Shown: positions 43,655 to 52,875 of the stretch, one piece after another
How positions within the stretch are numbered: the stretch's first letter is position 1
How the letters are laid out: every line of letters starts with the position of its first letter
Origin: Acholeplasmataceae bacterium
Lineage (GTDB): Bacteria; Bacillota_I; Bacilli_A; Acholeplasmatales; Acholeplasmataceae
DNA length: 64,000 nt
Assembly (NCBI GenBank): GCA_963667565.1
Contig: OY763415.1
Coordinates: 256,001 to 320,000, forward strand
Direction: 5' to 3'
The notes under the pieces: model-generated
Told to the model about the DNA's origin: nothing
Databases searched by the model: none
What the model saw: the letters and a program-made list of their open reading frames with translations, nothing else
Position numbers and translations under genes: made by a program

Positions 43655-44502
43655 ACATATTATTTATAGGAACAGGTGTCATGGGTGCACCTATGGCTAA
43701 GCATTTAGCACATGCAGGACATGAAGTATATGCTTATAACAGAACATTTGAAAAAGCTAAAAAACTTGAACCTATCGTAAAAGCAGTTAAATCATTTGAA
43801 GAAGTGATTCCAAAAGTAGATGTTGTGTTTACGATTGTAGGATATCCTAGTGATGTTAAAGAAGTTTATGAAAAAGTGATTCCAATTGCACAAGAAGGAC
43901 TTATATGTGTTGATATGACAACTTCAAGTCCTAGTTTGGCAAGAACATTATATGAAGAAGCGAAACAAAAAGGCGTTCATATGATAGATGCACCTGTCAC
44001 AGGTGGAGATTTAGGTGCTATTAATGCAACATTATCGATCATGGTTGGTGGTGATATGGATGTATTTTTAACCATAAAACCTCTTTTAGAAGTAATGGGT
44101 AAAACCATTACATATATGGGACCTCAAGGTTCTGGAATGACTGCCAAACTTTGTAATCAAACTGTCATTGCAGGTAATATCTTAGGTGTTGCTGAAGCAT
44201 TGGTTTTAGCTAAAGAAAAAGGACTTGATCAAGATGCAATGCTAGATGTGATTGTGGGTGGTTCTGCCTCTTCATGGCAAGCAGATAGAAATGGTCGAAA
44301 AATGATTTTAAAAGATTATGAACCAGGTTTTTTTATCAAGCATTATTTAAAAGATTTAAAATTAGCTGTTGAAGAAAAAGGTGATTTACCACTTCATGTT
44401 TTAGAGACCGCGATGAAGACATACCAAATATTATCAGATCATGGATTTGAAAATGATGGTACACAAAAAGTGATTGAAGCTTATATAAGAAAGCTGGTTT
44501 AA
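43651..44502 (+). CDS. Beta-hydroxyacid dehydrogenase (3-hydroxyisobutyrate dehydrogenase family, YkwC-like)
   Basis: FIGTGVMG, DAPVTGGD, KLCNQ, KDL. Confidence 0.9.
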   Translation: MNILFIGTGVMGAPMAKHLAHAGHEVYAYNRTFEKAKKLEPIVKAVKSFEEVIPKVDVVFTIVGYPSDVKEVYEKVIPIAQEGLICVDMTTSSPSLARTLYEEAKQKGVHMIDAPVTGGDLGAINATLSIMVGGDMDVFLTIKPLLEVMGKTITYMGPQGSGMTAKLCNQTVIAGNILGVAEALVLAKEKGLDQDAMLDVIVGGSASSWQADRNGRKMILKDYEPGFFIKHYLKDLKLAVEEKGDLPLHVLETAMKTYQILSDHGFENDGTQKVIEAYIRKLV

Positions 44503-44503
44503 G

Positions 44504-45112
44504 ATGATTAATCAATCTTTATTTTGGGAAAGAGAAATATTAGAGATAGAAGATATAAGTAAAATTAAAGAAGGCATAGATGTTATTTTTTATGGTTCTT
44601 CAAGTATCAAACTATGGACAACTTTAAAGGATGATTTTAGTGCATTTCATGTGCTTAATCATGGGTTTGGTGGTAGTAAATTATGTGATGCAACATATTA
44701 TTATAATCGCATGATTGAGCCATATCATCCCAGGTTAGTTGTTGTTTTTTCTGGTTCTAATGATATCGATTTTGATGTAAAAACAAGAAGTTATTCAAAA
44801 CGTGCTTTTAAGCATTTTAAGGCACTATATAATAAACATAGAAAAGTACTTAATACACCTTTTATTTTTATCGCAATCAATCCTACTATCTATCGTTTTC
44901 CATTATATGATGAAGTCAAGAAAACCAATGAACTGATCAAAAATTACGCGATGAAAAAACAAAATCTTTATGTTCTTGATGTCACCGATAAGTTTTTATT
45001 GCATGGTGAACCTATCAAAGCACTTTACCAAAATGATGGTGTTCATTTATCAAGTCAAGGATATCAAATTTGGGTTGAAGCATTAAAACCCATCTTAGAT
45101 GATTTACTTTAA
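44504..45112 (+). CDS. SGNH/GDSL hydrolase
   Basis: FYGSSSI, NHGFGGS, GSND, DGVH. Confidence 0.88.
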   Translation: MINQSLFWEREILEIEDISKIKEGIDVIFYGSSSIKLWTTLKDDFSAFHVLNHGFGGSKLCDATYYYNRMIEPYHPRLVVVFSGSNDIDFDVKTRSYSKRAFKHFKALYNKHRKVLNTPFIFIAINPTIYRFPLYDEVKKTNELIKNYAMKKQNLYVLDVTDKFLLHGEPIKALYQNDGVHLSSQGYQIWVEALKPILDDLL

Positions 45113-45123
45113 AGGATGATTTA

Positions 45124-45498
45124 ATGAAAGCATGGATTAAAACAAAGTTAGATGCAATTAAAACACACGTAAAAATATTAGTCTTTGCTCTTAGTGATTC
45201 CAATTGTCCTTGGTATGCAAAAGCTTTTGGTTATCTAGTGATGATTTATGCATTATCACCCATTGATCTTATTCCTGATTTTATCCCAGTATTGGGATAT
45301 CTTGATGATCTCATCTTAATTCCATTAGGTATAAAAGTTTTTAAAATGCTCATCGGCAAAACAAGATGGTTAGCATATGAAGATTCAATCAAGCAACAAG
45401 GATTCATTCTTCAAAAAAAATGGTATTACGCGTTTTTAGTCATTTTCATATGGCTCATGATCATTTTCATCATTATCAAAAAAATAACATTACAATAG
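45124..45498 (+). CDS. YkvA/DUF1232 membrane protein
   Basis: YALSPIDLIPDFIPVLGYLDDL. Confidence 0.9.
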   Translation: MKAWIKTKLDAIKTHVKILVFALSDSNCPWYAKAFGYLVMIYALSPIDLIPDFIPVLGYLDDLILIPLGIKVFKMLIGKTRWLAYEDSIKQQGFILQKKWYYAFLVIFIWLMIIFIIIKKITLQ

Positions 45499-45546
45499 TA
45501 ATGTTTTTTTTATCTTTAGTATATAATAGAAATAAGTAGACACTAA

Positions 45547-46824
45547 ATGAAAGAAGAACTAAACAACATGAATGAACAAAAGCAAATTAAAAGACAGATC
45601 ACAAAATTTGGATTTTATGGTTTTTTTAAAGACTTAAGGTTTTTTGATCCTGTTCTATTAATCTTTTTACATTCATTTGGTATTTCAGCCTTTCAAATTG
45701 GATTATTATATGCGATAAGAGAAGCCATTATTTATATTTTTGAAATACCTTCAGGTGTCTTTGCTGATCAATACGGAAAGAAAACAGAATTGATGATTTG
45801 CTTTATGTTTTATATATCAAGTTTTGTTGTTTTTGCATTTGGGACAAATTTCTACTGGTTTGCACTTGCGATGACCCTATTTGGATTAGGAGAAGCGTTT
45901 AGAAGTGGTACGCATAAGTCCATGATTATGCAATATTTGGATATGCATAACTTAAGTCGTGAAAAGAGTAAGACTTATGGCAAAACGCGTTCTTATTCTA
46001 TGATTGGCTCAATGCTTTCTAGTTTATTTACCATTTATTTAGTGATTGCACTTCCAGAACTTAAATTTTTATTTTTACTTGCAATCATTCCGTATCTTTT
46101 AGATTTGATTTTAATTGCAACATATCCAAATGAACTTAATGATCGTAAACATACAACCTTTAAATTTAAGGAGTTTTTATCGGAAAATAAAAAAGCATTA
46201 ACTTATGCTTTTAGTCATAAGAAAATAAGAAATGTTTTAATCAGATCTTCAAGTTATTCAGCTGTATTTAAAATTTTAAAAGATTATGTTCAATTAATTT
46301 TAATATCCATGCCTTTGACATTATTGCTGTTTAGTAGATATTCATCACAAGATCAAATTGAAATATATGCATCAATCATGTATGCTTTTATTTTCTTAAT
46401 TAGTGCATTTACAACTCGTTTTGCATATCTGTTACTTAAGTATAAGAATCATGATCAACTGACAAGATTCACATGGGTATTTACAGGTTTTGCAACACTA
46501 CTTATTGGTTTTTTTATTAACCAATTACTCATTGTATTTATTGGATTTATACTTATCTACATATGCTTAAACATTAGAAAACCACTCATCGTAGAAGTGA
46601 TGGGTGATTACTCAGATAAGGATAAACGTGCAAGTATTTTATCCATCGATTCTCAATTAACTTCACTACTCATCGTCATCTGTGCACCACTTTTAGGTTT
46701 GATTGCAGATCATGCATCTTATCAAGTCATGTTTATCATTGTAGGTGCAATCATGGTACTTACATATATCGTTTCACTTTTTAATCCAAAACGTATGAAA
46801 TTTCAGACAACAACCCCATTATAA
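45547..46824 (+). CDS. MFS transporter
   Basis: FEIPSGVFADQYGKK motif A, about 12 TM segments. Confidence 0.9.
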   Translation: MKEELNNMNEQKQIKRQITKFGFYGFFKDLRFFDPVLLIFLHSFGISAFQIGLLYAIREAIIYIFEIPSGVFADQYGKKTELMICFMFYISSFVVFAFGTNFYWFALAMTLFGLGEAFRSGTHKSMIMQYLDMHNLSREKSKTYGKTRSYSMIGSMLSSLFTIYLVIALPELKFLFLLAIIPYLLDLILIATYPNELNDRKHTTFKFKEFLSENKKALTYAFSHKKIRNVLIRSSSYSAVFKILKDYVQLILISMPLTLLLFSRYSSQDQIEIYASIMYAFIFLISAFTTRFAYLLLKYKNHDQLTRFTWVFTGFATLLIGFFINQLLIVFIGFILIYICLNIRKPLIVEVMGDYSDKDKRASILSIDSQLTSLLIVICAPLLGLIADHASYQVMFIIVGAIMVLTYIVSLFNPKRMKFQTTTPL

Positions 46825-46884
46825 TCTACGAAGTTAGAAGTTTTTCAAAAGAAAATGCTTATCGTTTATTTAATCATTATTATA

Positions 46885-46893
46885 TGTTATAAT
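46885..46893 (+). promoter_or_regulatory. Extended -10 promoter of the cyd-rnf operon
   Basis: TGTTATAAT 26 nt before ATG 46920; GAGAGG RBS. Confidence 0.6.
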
Positions 46894-46919
46894 AATAAAC
46901 TGTTGAGAGGCGTGATTAT

Positions 46920-47546
46920 ATGATTACAGTTATACTCGTTTTACTTTTATTATTAATAACCAACGTGATGACAACATCACTAAATATTTTAGCTATTTCT
47001 GGTATATTGATAGCAATCATATATAAATGGAATAAAGTATTTCAAAAAGCTATATTTTGGTATATATTTACTTCTATATTGGCAATAGTTGTAGTCATCT
47101 TTCATGATGTTAATCTTGCGTATTATGTAACAAAAGGATATATATCATTTGCACTCATATGGGTTGTGATGATGGTTGGTGTTTTACCAAACAAATCTGA
47201 ACTTGCAAGAAAGATTAAAAGAGTTAGAGGCGTTTTATCCATTATGAGCTTTATATTAATTACACCGCATGCGATGCTTCATATTTTTCAAATTTACAGT
47301 GGTGTAAATTTATTTGGGATTGTCAGTTATGCACTCATGTTACCGTTAACCATTATTTCATTTCAAATCATTAGAAAAGAGATGAAACCAAAAGATTGGA
47401 TTACAGTGCAAAAAGGTGCATATATGATTTATATTGCATTATTCGCACATTTATTATGGGTAGGTCTTTGGCCAGACAAAGTGATTTATGCAATTTTACT
47501 CACTTTGTATGTCAATAATAAATTGATTAAGGAGTTAAAAAAATGA
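46920..47546 (+). CDS. Ferric-reductase/MsrQ-like transmembrane protein, putative heme b
   Basis: R..LSI......PH, G.....MLPLTIIS....R......W..VQK.AY..Y.....H pattern. Confidence 0.7.
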   Translation: MITVILVLLLLLITNVMTTSLNILAISGILIAIIYKWNKVFQKAIFWYIFTSILAIVVVIFHDVNLAYYVTKGYISFALIWVVMMVGVLPNKSELARKIKRVRGVLSIMSFILITPHAMLHIFQIYSGVNLFGIVSYALMLPLTIISFQIIRKEMKPKDWITVQKGAYMIYIALFAHLLWVGLWPDKVIYAILLTLYVNNKLIKELKK

Positions 47547-47731
47547 AAATGATCGAAAAATTAATTTATGCATTCATTGTCTTTGTTGCATTATATGTCA
47601 TTATTGCAGTAGGACTTAGAATATTTGATTTAACAACAACATTTAATGCACACGTGTTTGCAGGGATTATTGCAACTATTGTTGGTGTGTTTGTCTTTAT
47701 TTTCTTGTTAATCAAAAAGAAACAAGCATGA
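47543..47731 (+). CDS. 62-aa two-TM membrane protein
   Basis: AAGGAG RBS, overlaps upstream gene, two hydrophobic helices, KKK tail. Confidence 0.75.
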   Translation: MKMIEKLIYAFIVFVALYVIIAVGLRIFDLTTTFNAHVFAGIIATIVGVFVFIFLLIKKKQA

Positions 47732-47762
47732 TTTTCATGTACAAAACTAATTTTGAAGAGGT

Positions 47763-48938
47763 ATGAACATGGTAGAAATTTTATCTAGATTACAGTTTGC
47801 ATTAACCATTGCATTTCATTTTATCTTTGTTCCTTTAACTGTAGGACTTATTATCTTAGTATTGATCTTTGAGATTAAATACTATCGTTCAAATGATGTG
47901 CGTTTCAAAGTATTATCAAATTATTTTAGTGATATTTTTCTCATCAATTATGCATTTGGTATCGTTACTGGGATTGCGATGACTGTACAATTTGGTACAA
48001 ACTGGGGCAACTTCACCACAGTAATGGGTGATATTTTTGGTTCTCCACTTGTATTAGAAGCAATTATTGCGTTTTTCTTAGAATCAACATTCAATGGTAT
48101 TTGGTTTTTTAGAAAACATCAGTTATCTAAAAAAGCAAGACTTTTTACTGTATTAATGATTATGATTGGAACAACAATTAGCGCGATTTGGATTATCACT
48201 GCAAATGGTTTTATGCATAATCCTGTTGGAGCAACTTGGGATGGTACAAAAATGGTACTAGACAATTTCTTAGCAGTTGTTCTTAACCCATATGCATGGT
48301 TTATGTTTATTCATAACCATTTAAGTGCGATTTTATTAAGTGGATTTGTTGTTTTAGCAGTAAGTTCATGGCACATGTTAAAAGGTAAAGAAGAAGATAA
48401 AGAAACATTTAAGATTGCAGCACGATATGCTGCTTGGACGATTTTAATCACAGGTATACTACTGCCTTTTGTTGGAAACAGTTATATGAAACTTATTACT
48501 GAAGTTCAACCTACGAAAATTGATATGATTCAAGGTCTACAAACAGGTGTTTTAGAGGCAGTAGTTAGAATCGCATTTAGCGTAATGGTTGGTTTAGGTT
48601 TTGTCTTTATAGGTTTAGGTGTTTACACAGTTATTTTTAAAGAAAAATTTGAGAAATCTCCAACCCTTCAACGTATATTCGTAAAACTTGTTCCACTTCC
48701 ATATATTGCAATTATCACTGGATGGATGGTTACTGAATTGGGTAGACAACCATATATCATCTATGGTGTTATGGAAACATCAAGTGGTGTTTCTGATGTT
48801 CCAGTTCAACAAGTTTGGTTCTCTATTATTACCATTGTTTTATTTTATGCTATTTTATTCATTATGGACTATGTGTTAACGATTACTAGAATTAAAAAGG
48901 GCATATTACCACGTGATGGAGGTGTAACTCATGAATGA
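47763..48938 (+). CDS. cydA: Cytochrome bd-type oxidase subunit I with near-absent Q-loop
   Basis: SRLQFA....FH, QFGTNW, E99/E107, ANGFMHNP, H184, VMVGLG, GWMVTELGRQPY. Confidence 0.93.
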   Translation: MNMVEILSRLQFALTIAFHFIFVPLTVGLIILVLIFEIKYYRSNDVRFKVLSNYFSDIFLINYAFGIVTGIAMTVQFGTNWGNFTTVMGDIFGSPLVLEAIIAFFLESTFNGIWFFRKHQLSKKARLFTVLMIMIGTTISAIWIITANGFMHNPVGATWDGTKMVLDNFLAVVLNPYAWFMFIHNHLSAILLSGFVVLAVSSWHMLKGKEEDKETFKIAARYAAWTILITGILLPFVGNSYMKLITEVQPTKIDMIQGLQTGVLEAVVRIAFSVMVGLGFVFIGLGVYTVIFKEKFEKSPTLQRIFVKLVPLPYIAIITGWMVTELGRQPYIIYGVMETSSGVSDVPVQQVWFSIITIVLFYAILFIMDYVLTITRIKKGILPRDGGVTHE

Positions 48939-49959
48939 TATCTTTTTAGGTAATGCATTATTCTTCATCATCGCATTTGCTTGGATCGTTTATTTAACCC
49001 AAGAAATATTTATTACAGGTTCAAGCATATTTCAATTAATCGTTGCTAAAACAGAAGATGAGAAAAAACAGATTCAATACGCTTCAGGTCTCCATTGGGA
49101 TGGGATTGAAGTTTGGTTACTTGCAGCATTAACGATGACATTAGGTGTATTTCCATTAGCACATGCAATGACATTTACACATTTGTATGTTGTCATTTTC
49201 TTATTGTTATACGCTATAATCACAAGAGGTATCGTCATTGAAACAATTCATAAACTAGATGGTGCTAAATGGAAAAAATATAATGGTATTGCATGGGCCA
49301 TATCAAGTGGGCTTATCATCCTACTTTTTGGTATGTATCTAACAAATTTATTTCTTGGTTTACCACTTGATCAAGATGGAATGACTGGATCATTCTTATC
49401 TATATTTACGACAACAAATTTAGCTGGTGGTCTTTTCTTCTTAAGTTTAGCATTCACTTCAGGTGCCGCATGGATTAAAATGACAACCGAAGGTGACTTA
49501 GGAGATCAAGCACTAAATGTAGTGAAAAAAACATTTATAAACATATTGGTGCCAGTATTATTGTTACTCATTTTTATGGGATTTAATGTGCATGATCGAT
49601 TATTTGTTGGAACATTATTTACTCAATATCCAATATTGTTTATCTTACCAGCTGTAACAGTCATCTTTGCATTACTTGTCTTATTTTATGGATATAAAAA
49701 AGATTCAAAAAAAGTATTTATATTTTCAATATTAACTTTAGCATTTTATTTAATTACAGGATTTGTTGGAACTTTCCCTGATGCACTTGCATCAAGTATT
49801 GATCCAAGTTACTCTATTTCAATTTCTGATGCTTTAACTCAAACACCCGGAGCGACAGTGATTTTCTTTGTATCTGTTATCTTTTTCCCAATTGTTATAG
49901 GTTATCAAAGTTGGAAATATAGACGTTTTAAAGATAAAGTAAAAAAGGATTTTGAATAG
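48931..49959 (+). CDS. cydB: Cytochrome bd-type oxidase subunit II (divergent)
   Basis: WDGIEVWL, FP, R..V.E, C-terminal P.VIGYQSW.YRRF; follows cydA. Confidence 0.9.
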   Translation: MNDIFLGNALFFIIAFAWIVYLTQEIFITGSSIFQLIVAKTEDEKKQIQYASGLHWDGIEVWLLAALTMTLGVFPLAHAMTFTHLYVVIFLLLYAIITRGIVIETIHKLDGAKWKKYNGIAWAISSGLIILLFGMYLTNLFLGLPLDQDGMTGSFLSIFTTTNLAGGLFFLSLAFTSGAAWIKMTTEGDLGDQALNVVKKTFINILVPVLLLLIFMGFNVHDRLFVGTLFTQYPILFILPAVTVIFALLVLFYGYKKDSKKVFIFSILTLAFYLITGFVGTFPDALASSIDPSYSISISDALTQTPGATVIFFVSVIFFPIVIGYQSWKYRRFKDKVKKDFE

Positions 49960-49969
49960 GAGTGATAAG

Positions 49970-51019
49970 ATGGCAGGAAAAGTAATGTTATGGCCTTCGG
50001 TTAGAAGCAAGTTCATCAAAGAAGAAAACATGAAATTGATTTATCGTGTATTGCTTGTATTATCAGCAATCATGGTTGTTCAAAATGTTTATTTGTATGG
50101 ACTCGTCTATGGTGTTAAACTTGCACTTATGGTTTTAGTATCAATCATACTTACAAGAGAGGCAGAAATTTTATTTTATACACATGATAAAGATATCAAT
50201 CGATTAGAAGCAAAAGAACTTATTAAGAAATCATATCCAGAAATGATGGCAGTCATTTTTGCATTATTAATTCCAATTGGGACACCTTTATGGCTCGTTG
50301 GGTTAGGTGCAGTGCTTGCAACATTACTTGGTAAATTATTGTTTGGTGGATTCCATCATATGATTTTTCATGGTTCAATTGTTGGTGTAATTTTGGTGAC
50401 ATTAGGTTGGCAACAATTAGTTTCTGGTGTAAGTTTTGCGACTTCATTTGATAATTATATATTGACCATTTTATTTGATAATAACTTCTTTAATCAAACA
50501 CTACACTTAGGTGGTATATTTGATCCTCAAACCATGAGTTCTGCAATTGATTTGTTAAATGATGGAACACCTTATGGATTAGGTAAACTCTTTTTTGGAC
50601 TTACACCAGGTGTGATTGCAAGTGGTTTTTTATTACTGCTAACATTTGCATTTTTACTTTTTAAGAAAGCTATAAACTATATGGTTCCAACCGTAGCAAT
50701 CATCGCTTTTTTACTTACCACTTTGTTATTAAATCAATTTGATGTTTCATATACCCTATATTATTTATTTAGTGGATCATTTTTATTTGTTGCAATTTTC
50801 GCAATGACTGATCCAATTACAACACCAGTACCCTTAACTGGTAAAATTATTTTTGGTGTTGTTGTAGGTGCTCTTACCGTATTCATTAGGCAAGCGGAAG
50901 TTTATGAAGAAGGTGTCATCTTTGCATTATTATTCATGAACATGCTTACCCCCATGTTAAATGAAATCTTTAAAGAGAAAAAAGCACCTGTAAAGAAAGT
51001 TGTGAAAGAAAATGAATAA
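49970..51019 (+). CDS. rnfD: RnfD/NqrB-family membrane subunit with degenerate flavin motifs
   Basis: ALLIP...PLW, KLLFGG, MTDPITTP, IR...YEEGVIFALLFMN..TP; ATG 49970 after AGGAGTG. Confidence 0.88.
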   Translation: MAGKVMLWPSVRSKFIKEENMKLIYRVLLVLSAIMVVQNVYLYGLVYGVKLALMVLVSIILTREAEILFYTHDKDINRLEAKELIKKSYPEMMAVIFALLIPIGTPLWLVGLGAVLATLLGKLLFGGFHHMIFHGSIVGVILVTLGWQQLVSGVSFATSFDNYILTILFDNNFFNQTLHLGGIFDPQTMSSAIDLLNDGTPYGLGKLFFGLTPGVIASGFLLLLTFAFLLFKKAINYMVPTVAIIAFLLTTLLLNQFDVSYTLYYLFSGSFLFVAIFAMTDPITTPVPLTGKIIFGVVVGALTVFIRQAEVYEEGVIFALLFMNMLTPMLNEIFKEKKAPVKKVVKENE

Positions 51020-51575
51020 AGCATTATTCTTTGCAGGATACTTAGCCATTTTAGGGATGTTCGTGACTGCGGTTGCGTATGTTGGATACAATTATACAAA
51101 ACCAATTATTGATGAAAATACAAGAATAAAAATTCAAGAAAACATTGCATTGCTATTTGATCCAGCTGAGGGTTATAAACCTAATGAAAATCAAGAACCT
51201 AATAAATATCGTCAAGATAGTGGTGAATATTCTGCGATTGCAGATATTTATGAAGTATTAGATGCAAACGATCAACTCTATGCACTTGTCTATGACATGC
51301 AAGTTCAAGGTCGTAATGATGTGATTCATGCATTAGTTGCAGTAGATCCATATCAAAGCACAATTTTAGGAGTTGTTTACTATGATCATAGTGAAACACC
51401 TAACATTGGTGAAAAATATACAAGACCTGTTGAAATTGAAAAATTAATTGGTCAAAATGTTTCTGATGTTGAAGTTGATTTTATTGCAGGTGCTACAACC
51501 ACTTGGACAGCATTAGAAAATATGTATGATAAATTATATGATCATTACAGTAAGGAGGTTCACATCAATGGCTAA
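51012..51575 (+). CDS. rnfG: RnfG, membrane-anchored FMN-binding subunit
   Basis: N-terminal TM, TKPII, HSETPNIG, DFIAGATTT. Confidence 0.88.
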   Translation: MNKALFFAGYLAILGMFVTAVAYVGYNYTKPIIDENTRIKIQENIALLFDPAEGYKPNENQEPNKYRQDSGEYSAIADIYEVLDANDQLYALVYDMQVQGRNDVIHALVAVDPYQSTILGVVYYDHSETPNIGEKYTRPVEIEKLIGQNVSDVEVDFIAGATTTWTALENMYDKLYDHYSKEVHING

Positions 51576-52302
51576 AAACAAAAGACTGACACCAAAAGAA
51601 AACATCATCAAAGGTTTAATTAAAGAAAACCCTACATTTGTCTTAATTTTAGGGATGTGTCCAACACTTGGAACAACCACATCACTTGCTAATGGTTTTG
51701 GTATGGGTGTCTCCGTTTTATTTGTCTTAATTATCACAAACGCGATTATCGCAGCGATTAGAAAAATCGTACCTGCTGAGATTAGAATTCCAGTATATAT
51801 TACGATTATTGCTTTAGTGGTTACGCTACTTGAATGGTTTATTGAAGCACAACTTCCTTCACTATATACAAACTTAGGTGTTTACTTACCTTTAATTGTT
51901 GTTAACTGTATCGTCTTAGGACGTGCTGAGGCATTCGCGTCAGAAAATACAGTCTTTGATTCCATTTTTGATGGTATGGGTATGGGTTTAGGATTTACAC
52001 TAGGATTATCAACACTAGGATTTGTTCGTGAATTACTTGGTACTGGTTCAGTTTTAGGGTTTACATTCTTTGATGCAAATAGTGCAGCCTCATTTTTAAT
52101 TCAACCTACAGGTGCGTTTTTGACATTAGGACTTATTATTGGTGTCATCAACACTGTTAAGATTACAAAAGAGAAAAAAGCTAAAGCCATCATGGATGAA
52201 AAAATCCGTATTGCTTTAGAGAAAAAAGCAGCAAAAGAAGCTGCTAAAAAAGCAGAAGAAGCAGCCAAACAAACACAACTTAAGTTAGAGGAGGCAAACT
52301 AA
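51568..52302 (+). CDS. rnfE: RnfE
   Basis: ENPTFVLILGMCPTL, IRIPVYI, LIVVNCIVLGRAEAFAS; ATG 51568 after AAGGAGG. Confidence 0.95.
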   Translation: MAKNKRLTPKENIIKGLIKENPTFVLILGMCPTLGTTTSLANGFGMGVSVLFVLIITNAIIAAIRKIVPAEIRIPVYITIIALVVTLLEWFIEAQLPSLYTNLGVYLPLIVVNCIVLGRAEAFASENTVFDSIFDGMGMGLGFTLGLSTLGFVRELLGTGSVLGFTFFDANSAASFLIQPTGAFLTLGLIIGVINTVKITKEKKAKAIMDEKIRIALEKKAAKEAAKKAEEAAKQTQLKLEEAN

Positions 52303-52303
52303 T

Positions 52304-52875
52304 ATGCAAGAGTTAATCAGTTTAGCATTTACGTCATTTTTAGTACAAAATATTATTTTGACTCAATTTCTTGGGATTTGTTCATTTTTAGGTGTTTCTA
52401 ACAAACGATCTAAAGCCATTGGTATGGGGATTGCAGTGTTTGTAGTTATCACGTTAGGTGGTATGTTAACATGGGCAATCTATTACTATATTTTATATCC
52501 TAATTAACATTTATGAGAACCATTGTCTTCATCTTAGTGATTGCGTCTATGGTTCAGATCTTAGAAATGGGTATTAAGAAGTTTAATAAGTCACTTTATC
52601 GTGCATTAGGTGTTTATCTACCTTTGATTACGACTAACTGTGCTGTATTAGGGGTTGCTATATTAAATATTCAAAACAACTATACATTTGCAGAATCAGT
52701 CACATTTAGTGCTTTTACTTCACTCGGTTATACTGCAGTGATTATCATTTTTAGTTATATTAGAGAACAAATGGGGAAAGCACCAATCCCTGAAGGTTTC
52801 AAAGGTATTCCAAGTGCATTAATTGCCGCAGCAATTATGTCATTATTATTTAAAGGATTTATCAATTTAATCTAA
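52304..52875 (+). pseudogene. rnfA: RnfA with a frameshift near 52500-52512 (or sequencing error)
   Basis: First part NIILTQFLGICSFLGVS; second part, in another frame, RTIVFILVIA...YLPLITTNCAVLG. Confidence 0.9.
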
